Position numbers and translations under genes: made by a program. A stretch of DNA of 64,000 nucleotides, taken from Moniliella sp. 'wahieum'. Its lineage: Eukaryota. Under the pieces are notes generated by a model that saw nothing but the letters and a program-made list of their open reading frames with translations, was not told the DNA's origin and searched no databases. The DNA is taken from the NCBI GenBank assembly GCA_003971905.1, contig RSEE01000029.1:248001-312000 (forward strand). The letters are read 5' to 3'. Shown here in pieces: positions 27,087-39,702 of this stretch (its first letter is position 1; every line of letters begins with the position of its first letter).

Positions 27087-28712
27087 ATATAGTGGTGGGA
27101 AACGCCTGTGCACTTTTTACATAAGGCTCACGTCAGCCACCGGGTGGCGCAGCCACCCGTCCCAGCCACCAGCAACAATCGGTGATATTATTTCGTTTTT
27201 CCAGCGTGGAAGGGTTCCAGCGTGGAACGGTGGCGATGGTGGAACGGTGGCTAAGGTGGCGACACAGCAGACCGGGCCGTAGGCCCGGTGGTCTTCTCGT
27301 CCATTATATAGTCTCCATAGCAAGCATATAGCCTGGCACTCAAACATACATCCTAACCCAACAGCAGGACCGGTGAATACACGACTATCACTTCATTATA
27401 CACTGTGGATGTTCATGCCTGCTGGACTATAGTGCATCAGGCCGATTGGATGAATGCTTTTAATGGCATGTCTCTCCCGACCACCGTGGCCCTTACACTA
27501 TTGTGTATGAACCCGCTTGTCGCCGTGAGAGTATCACCTCAAACTCAATGAGTACACCGAACGGACAATGACTCGATCATATATTGCTCAGCTCTCAGCT
27601 CATCAACAAGGAAAACGCCTCTTCGTTTACGTTGTTTACATTTTGCTAAAACATAATGGGTTGTGCGGGTGTGTTGAGCGTGCCATCGTTCAATTGATGG
27701 GGATGTTTAACTCGTGTCCCCGCCAACGCCGTCCTCGCAACTGGTTCCCCCAGTGGACGGCCAGTGCAACACATTTCTTCATCTTGTATGGTATGATTAT
27801 ATCATATGCTTTCCAGTGGAGAGATGTGGAGGCAAACTCGCTGTGACTGCGCTGGGCGCGTGTTTTGGTACAAAAAGGGAGGTCTCAGTCCCGTCCACAG
27901 AGATTGTCGCTCTCAGAAGTTACTGGCTAGGATCAATACTACTTCGCGCGTGGAGAGAAATGTGCGCGACCCTCCTTGCGCGACTTTGGATCATCGCAGA
28001 GGGCGAGAGGTCTGTTGTCTCCGCGTTTTACGGAAGAGTAGGTGATGGTGGTCGCCTTGAAACTTCCTTTCTTTTTCCGTGGTGGGTTAAGTATATATAT
28101 CTACTCTGTCTATGCAACAGCGGGAGGGGGTGCCGGGTCGCCGAAATGACTTCGTGATAATACAGACGTTTTAACCTCCATCTATATATGCCATCAACCA
28201 TGACCAACCGTTTTTCTTCTCATACAAGAGGGCCTTCATATGACGGATTTTATGACACCAGGAGCGTTTTTCATGTGGACAGGGACGGTGGTGGACCACA
28301 CTTCCAGGCATTTACTTTTTGGTGGTTAAAGGACAGACCAAGATTGCGTTCAGGAAAGGTGATGTGTACTATGAAGGGACGCCCATGCCTGTTGATGTGG
28401 AACGGTGGAGTTGAAGGGCAACCGTATTGGGTTATGGAACTGGCGACGGATTGAAGAGCGGCAAGTACTAGGAAGGCACTCGGGACCTGTTCTTTCCTCT
28501 TTTGCCTCCATAACGACACTAGCGGGGACATTATGCTAACACGAGTAGACGGTTCAAGAAGCTGTATGAATACTGGAAGGAGAAAGATCTTGCTGAAGAG
28601 TCGCATTTCGGAGAGGACGTATCGCTCCTAGTATGTATGCAGCACACGCTCATTATTATCCTTTATCGTTCTACATGTGTTTGGAAACCAATGGCAAAAC
28701 CGAGAGCCAGAC

Positions 28713-28855
28713 TGTCATAGTCGGGGCTAAGGCGAGGGAGACCAGGATCGGACTAGGCCAAGGGGTGTAGCAATCGTTCGTGGGGAAGAAGCAAGAACAG
28801 AGGACATGGTGCGAAGTGGAAGGAACAGGGAAGGAGCGAGATCAGCCAAATGACA
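28713..28855. mobile_element. Short solo LTR, family A (143 bp)
   Basis: Termini TGTCAT...ATGACA. Perfect 5-bp TSD CAGAC (28708-28712 and 28856-28860). Homologous to 29761-29940 (opposite strand) and 43694-43841. Confidence 0.8.
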
Positions 28856-29760
28856 CAGACGATCCCGACCTGCTGGTTACGCCATTATTTGCTTTTATAT
28901 TCCTGATTTTTTGGGGCACAGACGGAGACCAAACATCGGATGAGATCCACAACCTCTTCGTAAACGAAACGTTACGCATCTCATTTACCTGATATTGAAG
29001 CTGGGGCTGGGGATAATGACCTATGGAGTATGAAGAGGCGTAGAGCAGAGGAGGCAACTATCATAGAGAGAGTTACCTCTACTGGTTTATGGATTGACAA
29101 AGGTGGTGGAGGCCTCAATGGATCGCGGGGGCAAGCCCACATGAGATGTATTGCACACGGCACGAACTATAAAAACGGGAAACAACGCAGCATATGTGAC
29201 AGTATAATAACGACGGGGAAAGACAAGGGACTATAGAGAACAAGCACCACTCTTCGGGAGACCGTTCCCGGACGGCAACGAGAAAACAAACGGAGAACAG
29301 CTGCCCTTCGTCCCCAATGGAAGAAGAAACGTGGAGAAGAAAGCGAAAATATATAAAGAAGCAAGGAGCGGGAATCTTGGTCATCAAGGATACATGCAGT
29401 AGGGGCGAAGAGATGACTGTGATGCTTTGGCCGCTGGACATGGTAGGAACCTTGGAGAGCCATTCACCTTTATGCCTTCCCCTTTCTACTTTGTTGATTC
29501 GTTAAAGTTCCTGTCCGTATAGCCTTTGTTTATATTCTTTCCCCTCTAATGGGTCATTTTGCAACACAACATCTAGCGAATCCATCCTTGACTAGACACC
29601 AGGTAACACCCGCGTTACTCCCTAGTTCACCACAGCAGTCCCATCGACCTGCTTCAGCGAACACCGTTGGGTCCTTCCGAATCCTTGCGTCCAGGCATCC
29701 ATTTCCGTCGATCTCTCTTCACAGCATTCAGTTTTCTCTGTATATGGATCCCGCGGTGAT

Positions 29761-29940
29761 TGTCACCGAATGACTAAGCTCGCTCCAATTTCCAATTCCG
29801 CATCCTGTGTCTCTCGCTTTCCCTTCCCTTTTGCTTCTGTTCTCTGCCTGATGCCTTCTGTTTCCTCCCACGAACGATCTTGCCTTTCCCCCCGCCTCTG
29901 ACAGGACCTTGGTCTCCCTCGTTTAGCTCCGACTGTTACA
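29761..29940. mobile_element. Short solo LTR, family A (180 bp), opposite orientation to the 28713 copy
   Basis: Termini TGTCAC...GTTACA. Perfect 5-bp TSD GTGAT (29756-29760 and 29941-29945). Reverse complement TGTAACAGTCGGAGCTAAACGAGGGAGACC..ATCGTTCGTGGG aligns to the 28713 copy. Confidence 0.8.
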
Positions 29941-31831
29941 GTGATCCTACATTAGTATAGTTGAGTTCTGTGACAGGACTTGTTCGACCTTTGTCTTCTC
30001 CCTGCGTCAAACTTCCGGCCAAAGCATATGGTTCTCTGTATCTACACACTGCTGGGCACAAGTTCTTGGCATCTGCTCATCACATCACTTGAGTCTGTTC
30101 TTATTGGCTGTGGACGACTCGGGCTGGTAGGTAAATGAAGTGCGTATCAGAATGTCAGTAAGGGTTGGTCCTCTTCGCCAGCTAGTGAACACCATATATA
30201 ACCAGCGACAACTTCGTCTCCGAGTGCAAAGGAAGGCGACAAGGAGGGGCCCCACAAAAAGTTCCGTCGCCACTCATCGTTCCCGGCATGTCTGGATCGC
30301 GAAATACAGAGGTACGCCTCTCTTTTTTGAAGTCTACCAAGTGGAGTGGAATTGGCGATGATCGATGAGGTCGATGGGGCCTCAGCCTGAGGTCCAGGAA
30401 TGATGATGTTAATACGCACGCCCTCAGCGGCCTCAGCGGCCGTAGCAAGCGATCGAGCGAGTCCCTCGAAAAAAAAACACAGTTCTGTATCGCAATCGGG
30501 TCGGGTCCAGTCGAGACCCGTGTGTTAGGCATGTGGGGGAGACGCAAAAAGTCCGAAACATGCAGACAGAGCGAGCCCATCATTTAGTATTCGTAGCAGC
30601 CAGCGCTCGGCCTCCGAGGCTGCGTGCAGGGTTCGTCGGCGCTCAGCCTCAGCGCTCAGCCCAGGCGTGGCATTTCTTACTACTAGTGGAGCCCTTGGAG
30701 GGACCCCAAGCGTCTTGTGTTCCTGAGCCGAGGAGAGCCGAGGATGCACCCCGACGTGCGGAGGGGAGGACGGAAGGGGATGGACTCTATGGTGCTCCTT
30801 CGGGGTTTGGAAAACCGGAATGGCGCGCCAGCGGAGGAAGAAACATGTCAGCATAGGGATGAAAGGCGGGGTGCACACGGCAGGCTTGGGACATCAGCCC
30901 CCCTCGCTGCCCCCTTTCGTCTGATCTCAGACAACAAACATGCCAAAGCCCTCGGGCCGGCGTGACCGGGACCGGTGACTTCAAGCCTCAACGTCTCAAC
31001 GATCTCAACGTTCTACGCTCTATGTTCTACGTTCTCCGGTCTCCGTTTTACCCTCAATATTCAATGCCTCTCAAGGTTCAGAGTACGTTTTACCGTCAAC
31101 GCCTCAATGGCTGCCGCGGTTGCACACCCTTTGTTGATTTTCCAACAAAAGGCTTCCCGGCATAGTCTGCCAGGCTCTCTCCCCTGTGTGGCCCACCTCG
31201 GCTGACCAACCAGTTTGCCCTGACGCCCCCACCCCCTATTTCGGCGGTCGCGCGCGATGCGTAAATCCTAACATGTAGCACTTTAAGTGATACGAGATTC
31301 AGAATGGCGGCGCCGCGCGCTGGCTGCACACAGACGTAGAAGCAACGCGAGGACCTATTCCAGGAAGCAGAAACGCAGAAGCCCGGGGGAGCCGGGAATA
31401 GGCCCTCAGGCCTCAGGTCAGTTTACACCGGCAGGAGAGCCACTCTGAGACTCTTAGTTGCAAGTACTAACTGCCGAAAGTGATGATGATGATCGGTAAC
31501 CGGTAACCGCAGACTTCTTCGTCCACCTCTGTACTCGGGGAGTTTCTCCTTCGCGCCTTCGGCTCGACAGCCATTTTGATTACAATTGCAAATCGGCCAG
31601 ACCGACAATTAGAATTGCGGGAGGAGAGCGAGAGAGAACAAAAGCAGTCAAGCGGACCGCACGTTGTGCAAGCTAAGACTGATGGTGCCCTAGGTGAGGA
31701 GGGATACGTTGACGTGAGGAAAGGGGGGTGAGGCAGTCGGGCAACAGTCGTGGTAGAGGAACAGTAGGAAGGTAGGTCTCTTTAACCAGTAAGGAGTGTG
31801 CGTGTGGAGGAAGAGGAAGAAGGGAGGAAGA

Positions 31832-33928
31832 TTAGGCGGGAACACAACGGGCCAAGGTAGCTACGAGACATGCTTTGAGAAGGAGGGCGGGTGGGCCAGG
31901 GACAAGCCAAAGAAGCGGCCGAGGTAGATTTGCACCACCAGTTCTTCCTGAGGCCCGAACCACGCCCGAGTTGTTGCAGGTTAATGCGCAGTTGACCCGA
32001 GCCGACTGGGTACCCAACGGCTGGTGCGGCGAGGTGGAATAAGGGAGCGTCAAAGGCGGCGCGGACTTGACGAATGGAGAACTGGGATGAAAAAATGGTT
32101 TCCCCACCGCTTCCTGCGATACATTGGTGCAGATTTTCTGAAAGCGGCCCTGATCTTCTGGGTGAATCAGATCCAAGAGGGTACGTTGGACAAGCTCGGA
32201 TTCGGCCAGCCCAAGCAGCTCCGACGCTCTGGTGAGACGCGGATCAATTCATACTCCATTGTACAAACCAATTGACACTCCGTGGAGGAGGGCCAGCTGG
32301 ACCGGTCCGATGGGGAGGAAGAGCGACGGAGAGAATGCTGAGACGGTCTTCGGCTGGCTGTGACGACACAGGATGGGATGGAGCGGGGTTGGTACCCATA
32401 TCGGTCTTCACCCCCTTGTGCTAATGCCACAGGACTGGCCAGTGTCCTGCCGCGTTGAGCGGAGCCTGGAACACCCGTGTGCTGGGGCCCGGTCGAGCGG
32501 GCCAAGCGGTCGGGAAGCAAGCAAATGCGAGGAACCAGAAAACGGAGGATAAGTTGATGTCGGTCCAGCCGGAGGGGGGGGAGTTCCTGGAGCGGGGAAC
32601 TCGCATCTCATCGAGCGACGAGCGACGGTCTCCGCCGGCCCTCGCGGTCCGCGTTCCCACTTTGGGAGAGTGGTGGCCATTCAAACGGCTGCAGTGGCCC
32701 TGAGTACGGACCTGTCTCAATCCGAGATCGCAAGGGTGGGGAGAGTGGTCGGAACGGAATCGTGGTCGTTGGAGAGGGGGAGGTGGGGGGACGCGAGGTT
32801 CACCATGCCAATGATCAGGCACACTGCGTTTCCTCCCGGCTACAAGATGATCCAGCGGGACAAGAGAACGTCCACCGGAAGGGGGGGCAAAGAACGGAGG
32901 GGGGCGGGTCGGAGCCTACCACCGGCTGTGGATACGGGGCAGGAGAGCCTCTTGCCCAAGAGCGGCGGCTTGGGCCCAAGCCTGAAAAGGCTGTGGACCG
33001 ATTCAACGTCGGGTCCGAAGGACGGTGAGCGAGGAAGCGGCGCGATTGACTGTCGTGCACGGGCGAATAGCCCTGCTCAGCAAGCGAGGAACCTGGGACG
33101 ATGCATCTGGGTTTCGGGCATGCGGGGAAGTGTGGGCGGTCATAGGGCGATGTAGCAGGTTGCTGAGGCCGAGTCGGAGTCGGCGTTTGAATCGGAACGA
33201 GTGGCACTGAATGTGATTCAGGCAGTGGGGCCAATGGCTGAGGCCCTGGAGGCGGCTGGGGAGCGTCAATAGACGCTATAAGGGAGTCTTGTAGAAGTTG
33301 TTGGCGAGAAGATGCTCCCCACCCTGCTCCCGGTCTCACCTCCACCGCCAGGGCCGCTGATGCTACGACTCCCGCTTGCAACTCCAGGAGCAGGAGCAGC
33401 AGAGGAGAGGCCAGCGGGGCGACTTTCAGTAGCAAGGTGATGGGTGGGGGATCCATCATAGCACTCGTCAGGGTATACTTGCTTTGGGGGCGCCCACGTT
33501 TTTTGTGTTGTACGTCCACACATGTATCAGCCTTGTCGAGCATAACACATCGTCTGCACGGACGCTGTGCTTCCTGTCAGTTCCGACTGCCTTGGGGCGA
33601 GGAGAATAAAACGTACGGTTAAATCGCAGGCCAAATGGCTGCGCTTGCAATTCGAGCACGCTCTAGCTACGCCTTGTTCTTCCTTGACGTGACGATGTCG
33701 AGCGGCCTTACCCCCGCGCCGTCGGGCTGGAGGGTCGGAAGGTGATCCTCTTCAGGTGGATGAGGCTGGGGTGAAGCGACAGCCTCGAGAGGCGAGGGGC
33801 CAGAAAGCGAAGGTGGGGCTATCCGGGGGGGGGGTTTGGTGGGTTGGTTGCCGGCAGGACCAGTGTGTGGGGGCGGTCAGGTGCACTGCTGGCCTGACAT
33901 CGTCCGGAGTACCACGCAGTGGATGCAT
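31832..33928 (-). CDS. Zn2Cys6 transcription factor with PAS-like region (intron ~33575-33617 in the zinc cluster; frameshifts)
   Basis: Minus strand reads VARACSNCKRSHLACD..RPCRRCVMLDKADTCVDVQHKKRGRP. Downstream LDLIHPEDQ is PAS-like. Start (MHPLRGTP) and end approximate. Confidence 0.75.
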
Positions 33929-34967
33929 GGCCTGCGGTCGCAAACGAGAGAATGGTTAGGAATGCAGGATGAGGTGAGGCCTGAGGGTGGAACCCGGGAA
34001 CTGAGTGATTACTAACAGACCGATCGCCAGCAGCAGCGGAAGCGTGGCGAGCCGAGTGTGCAGTGTGCTAGGGGCTCTGAACGCAATGCGAACAAGGACT
34101 GCCTCCACCAGAAGCTGGGGCGCGGCGGGGGTTGAGTTGGGCTTGCAAGCAAGTGTTGGTCAATGGCGTTTGGAACTGGAAGCCTGATGACGATCAGGGC
34201 GCTTGGGGAATAGAAGGGTTGGAAGCCAGAACTGTACGCAACCGGGGACTCGCTCAATGCGCCAGGCGTTAACGGACACACTGGTGGAAAGAGGGTGCCT
34301 GGAGAAGATGGAAGATGGGAGTAAGGCAGGGGATGGCGTCGTGAGACGAAATGAAGAACGTGAAAGTCGACAAGAGATGGAGAGCCGGCTTGAAGTGAAG
34401 CCTGGCTGGGCGAGGATCGGGCGGCGTTGGGTTGACTAGGACTGTGGCGCGGCCGCCAGGTTGCGAATTGGAGCTCGAAGCTTGATGCTCGAAGCTTGAA
34501 GCTTGAAGGATGAAGCTCTGAAGATCTAAAGCCGGGTGATCGAGATGATCGGGGAGGCTTGCTTGTTCAGGCTTCGAAGACATCTGGGCTTTTGCGCTGA
34601 AGCTTTTTCGCTTGCACATTCAGGTTCAACGTTCCACTGACGCTCAGCGTCGCCGCAATTCAAGCTAGCTTCCCGTCAGTGGCTGAGCACACTCAACTGA
34701 GTCTCAGTACTGAGGCCTGAGGCTAGCTTCAGCTCCAGCTCCAGCTGTTTGGAGCTGGTAGCCAGCGGCCTGCTGCCCGTCATTGCTCCGCCGCCGCCGA
34801 TGTTAGCACCCAAGTGTAGAGCCCACAGAGGATGCGTGACCGGTGACACGTGCGGGATGGTATCGGATGCATGATGTGCATGATGCAGATGAAGTCACTA
34901 GTCACTAGTTAGTCCTAGTCCCTAGTCACCAGCCACATCACGCATGCGGCGGCTGGTCACAGACCAC

Positions 34968-35014
34968 GCATGATGCATGATGCATGATGCATGATGCATG
35001 ATGCATGATGCATG
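34968..35014. repeat. (GCATGAT)6+ heptamer tandem repeat
   Basis: Read directly; unit = ATGCAT palindrome + G. Confidence 0.95.
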
Positions 35015-35713
35015 TCCGAGGGTTGGCTAGGGTCGTGTGATGATGTGTGGTGGATGATCGATGATCGATGATCCGGGGACGCGATCGATGCCAGCCTCAC
35101 GCGCACGGAGCAGGATGGGGTGTGTGAATGTTGTGAAACGTGTGAACGAGAGTGACTGCTAGTGACTAGGTGACTAGCTGTTAGCTCCATGTGCGAGGCG
35201 GCCCTTTCGCCTCTGTTGGGCCTCCGGGCTGCCTTCCCCTGATCGCATCCACACCATCTTTTCCTGCCTTGTTCGCCTTCCACTGCCACACAGTACTAGT
35301 GGCTAATGACAGTGACTAGTGCCTTCTTAGCGTTTAATATTTAAGCGACTAAATCAATTACCCGACAACACAACCATACTTACGCGTTACGCAACATAAC
35401 GATGTTAGTCAACGTAGAGGCCCGTATGCATATTCCACGTGGAGGCTAAGACCTGAGCCTGAGCGCCTGGGTACGTCTGAGCAACCAGAGAACCTGAGGC
35501 TCAGGGCGCGCTCAGGCCCAGGGCTGAGCCTCAGCGCGCCTGAGCGCTGAGCGCCGCAGCGCCCTCATCGATCATCTGAGATCTGACGGGTGATGCGCAC
35601 GATGCTTCAAGCTTCAAGCTTCAAGCTTCACGTGTTAAGCCCTGTTTAACCTTAGGCCCTGTTCCATGTTAGGCCGTGTTCGGCCGGGTTACTAGGTTAC
35701 TGATGCTTAGGCC

Positions 35714-35766
35714 TTAGGCCGGTTAGGCCGGTTAGGCCGGTTAGGCCGGTTAGGCCGGTTAGGCCG
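35714..35766. repeat. (TTAGGCCGG)5+ nonamer tandem repeat
   Basis: Read directly; preceded by TTAGGCC. Confidence 0.95.
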
Positions 35767-38676
35767 AGTACCAATTAGGTCTTACGCTTACGCCTTACGC
35801 GTTACGCCTTAAGCGGCTTAAGCCATAAGCGCATAAGCCTTAAAAGCCTTAACGTTTAAATAAATTTAACCCGGCGGGAATCGATAATTGGGCCAGATGG
35901 TGAGCAAGAAGAGTAGATCGTTAAGCGCTAAACGTTGACTTGATTCTGCAGCACATCTCCTCTCGATAACCTGAAAGGCCGGCTTCTGCACGGGAGCATC
36001 CCACGGGAGACATATTAGAATTCCGTGGTACCACAGATCTCAGTATCTCGTGCCTCCTTCATTGTGCGTTCCGTTCATCGTTACGCGTTACGTGACGGCC
36101 GTGTATGATATGTAGTTTGTGACATGGTGTGACGCGTGACGAGTTTGACGAATGCATGTGGCCTCCGCGTTTTTACTAAAGTGTATATATCAACGACGAT
36201 GAATCTCTTGGGTGTTCGTGGGCGCGGATTCTCCGCGCTCTGAGACCTGATACCTGAGGACGGGGGCGGGGTAGCTGATACTCGATACATGGAGCAAGTT
36301 AGGCGTGAACGTGTGAAGATTGAATATTGAAGCTTGAAGCTTGAAGCTTGAAGGGCTAACATGTGACACGTGCCACCACGTCACGACGTCACTTTTGTCA
36401 CGTGTCCATGTCACGCGTGGTACATGCATGGCGTGCCATATATCACACGCGAGGTCGCATGCCACATGTCACACGCCTTGGTCCTGTCCATGGCATCGAT
36501 CATCGATCGTCCGTCACGCGTCACGCGTCACACATCATGCTTCACATCTCTCGGCATGAAATGAAAGGGCGGGTATATGCGAAGTAGGCCAGGTACCAAG
36601 AGCATTAATGCATGGAGAGAACTGGTGTAAGACCGGGTATGGAGCAACGCTAGAATGCCAGAAAAGCGAATGGCAGCGATCCTCTCATTTTCCCTGTGTG
36701 TAGTCCGGGCGAGCATGATGCATGATGTGCATGATGGTAGTTTTGGTCTGCTACGCGCTACGGCTAGTCGATGGGCCTGCAGCGCTGTGATCGATGATCT
36801 TGCGGAGGAAGCTGAGGCTCTGTGGCCTGACTCAAGCTTCAAGCTTCAAGAGCTTCAAGCCTCACCGGTCACCTCTCAGATCTCAAGTTTCAAGCCTCAC
36901 ACTCTCAGATCTCAGATCTCAAGCTTCAAGCTTCAAGTTGAAGCTTCAAGTTCAATGAACATTGAGACTGTGGCGCAAATGATGCAGGGTGCGCTGTGTG
37001 TAGGGGGGGGGGTTGGTGGTGCATGATGAATAGCGTGGCTGAGCGCTGATGCATTGATGCGTTGGCGTTGACGCGGCTGACTGTGAGGCTCACACCTGAA
37101 GCTCAAGTAAGGGCTAAGCTCCCCAGGCCTGAGGCCCAGGCCTCCCTCAGGGGTCGCTTGCATCATTAATCATCATCATTAATCATTATGCATCTATATC
37201 ATACCCCAGACCTGGGGCCTCAGGCCTCAGGGCCTGAAGTTCAGGGTACCCTGTCAGCATGTCAGATCTCAGAAGATATGGTGGACCGGATGCTGGTGTT
37301 TAGCGCTTAGCGTTTATGGGCTTAAAGCTTAAAACTTAAAGAAGCAGGACGACCCGGTTTCGCCCGGTGTCCCCTGGGAACCGACGGATAACCGGTAAGG
37401 CCGGTAACCGGTAACGCTAACGTTTAGCGCGTGCCGGCAACACTGCGAGGAACGAGTAACTAGTTTACATTATGGCATAACGCTTTAGCATAAGGCCTAA
37501 GAAGAGGCCTCCTAAGGTCTAAGGCCTAAGGCCTAAGGTTAGGCCTAAGGTATGGTGCGTGGTGCATGGTGGCAGATACATGGGATCGAGATACATGGGA
37601 TCGCCGAACATCGATCATCGATCCTCCAAGCTCCAAGCCTCCCGTATTTGTACCTGATTGTGTGTCACACGCCGCATGCTGCAAGTATGAATGTTTGCAA
37701 CATGTCGCGTGTCATATTCATACGCAACATTCCACGAGTCAGTTACGCGTCACGCGTCACGCGTCACTAGTCACTGTCATATTGATGGGGACGCACTGAC
37801 TGGTGCTGAGTACTGACGCATGACTTGAGCCTGCGGCCTGAGGGATTGAGATGCATCGCACCCGCTCGCCCCTCTTCCTCTTTGCCCATATCTTGCCGCA
37901 TGTCATGCATGTCACGGGACTCAATTTATTTGATGACTAGTGACTATTGCAGACAACCGTAACGGGCTCAGGCCACAGGCTGAGAGGCTCAGCGCTTCGC
38001 GCGCATTGGGTGACCGGTGAGGCCGAAGCCCATGTGCATGCAGCATGAGAGCATGCCCAGCAGATTTAAGGCGTTCTAAAATCTACTCGTTCGAGTTCAG
38101 TACGTTCAGACATTCGCCATACTCGATGCGTCCGCACTCCGAAACACATTCTGTGTGGGACTGCGGGTCAACTATTGACGCTTTTTGCCGAGCATACAGA
38201 CCTTCGGATGCGACACATACGACGTCTGGCACGCTGAAGCGCTGAAGCGCTGAAGCTTGAAGCTTGCCCGGTGATCGATCATCGCTGATCGATGATCTGG
38301 GGACGGGTGGCATTGTGGCTAGAATGCTGCGCCCTGCGCCAAGCGCCACATGTGCTCATGCCCTCACGCTAGGGTCTCAACCGTCGAGCACAAACACTCT
38401 TGGGTTTTAGTTCCAACTATGCATGATGCATGATGCATGTGATGCATGATGTGCATGATGGCTGAGCTGAGCGCTGGTATATGAATCTGACAAGGGATTT
38501 GGGAAATCGGTGGTCACCGATCACCGGTCAATATCAATATTCAATCAATCGATACCTCTTGCACATGTAACACTCCCGCGTCACAACGTTTACCGGTCAA
38601 TGAGGCGGATGCAGCTGATGGGAACCGACCTGCGTGTGCTGCTCTTGTGCTGGCTGCTCTTGGCGCCAAACCCGAC

Positions 38677-38734
38677 ACTAGTCACTAGTCACTATAGTCA
38701 CTAGTCACTAGTCACTAGTCACTAGCTAGTCACT
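38677..38734. repeat. (ACTAGTC)n array with ACTATAGTC and ACTAGCTAGTC variant units
   Basis: Read directly. Confidence 0.95.
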
Positions 38735-39627
38735 TCTCCTTGCACTTCTGCCGCAGGCCTCATTGTTCCGCCTCTTGCGCGCACAGGTTTGATTATCTCT
38801 TTCCGGCTCGATCCCCTTTCTTCCCTCCCTGTTGCACTACAAAGGTCACATGGAGACCCACATGTCCCATGAAAACGTGCGTACGTGGCAGAGCAGGGTA
38901 AAAAGCAGGCAATAGAAGAGGGAAGGAAAGTCGGAGCTGGAGGCGACGCTGCTGTGCAGGATGAGATGCATTGCGCAGCATGGGACGGTCATTGGGTGGA
39001 GAGGGGGAGAGAGAAGGGTAGTTATGGTTGCGGGGTTGAACTGGGATGGACTAGACTTGACGATGACAGTAGGAAGTGTTGCAATAAATGCCAGTATAAG
39101 GACTGTCAAAACCCTGTGTCACGGTCCTCGTAGCTAATCAGGCAAATCTTCTCACTCTGTTCTTCGCCGATTGTGTCCTCCTTTCCTCTATCAACGCATC
39201 CTTTGCTTCTTCCCTTTACTTATGGCCTCACACTCGTATCGCGAGACCCATACACTGTGCAGAGTATTATACAAAAAGCACTGGCCAATTTTTTTTTCTG
39301 ACCAAATGCAGACTTGTAGCGACGTCACGCGTCATGGTCCACTCGGCCATGGAGACCGCAATGAATGCCGAAGGTCTGAAGCGTTTAGGACAGCAGCGTA
39401 GGCGATCGATTGCGGGCGAGAGATAGGCGTTGGTGGTAGGAAGCAGGACGAGGGCTACTGGACAAGGCCGCTTACGCTGGTACGCGCCCATCAGCACCCC
39501 TTGAAGTCCGCGGAGCCTCGGGGCTAATGATGCCGGAAGTGCACCGCGATCGGTGAAGCCAGTCACTGTCGCAACCTGGCCGTGTTTATTATGTGGCACA
39601 CGATCGACCCGATTTAATGAATCAGGA

Positions 39628-39702
39628 GGTCGGTTTATTAGGTGCAGCGTTTCTTCGTCCCGCGTCCCAGCCTTAAGCTCTGTCAATCTCGTATGGCTAC
39701 AA
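39628..39702 (+). mobile_element. ~75-bp 3' UTR fragment of the CRE-like retroelement
   Basis: GGTCGGTTTATTAGG..AGCGTTTC..GTCCCAGCCTTAAGCTCTGTCAAT..TATGGCTACAA matches the other copies. Confidence 0.75.

Noticed and set aside
28713..29940. Single 1.2-kb MITE with long terminal inverted repeats (likewise 44784-45812)
   Set aside because: The 28713, 29761 and 44966 arms each have their own TG..CA termini and 5-bp TSD, and no TSD flanks either combined span.
35707..35766. Interstitial telomere (TTAGG-containing repeat)
   Set aside because: The unit is TTAGGCCGG, not TTAGGG, and it sits within a TTA-type palindrome zone.
36830..36960. Cloning polylinker or vector contamination (HindIII, SpeI, StuI, MluI, BglII-like sites)
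   Set aside because: Sites are tandem, degenerate, spread across many native promoters and restricted to A....T hexamers; no vector backbone is present.
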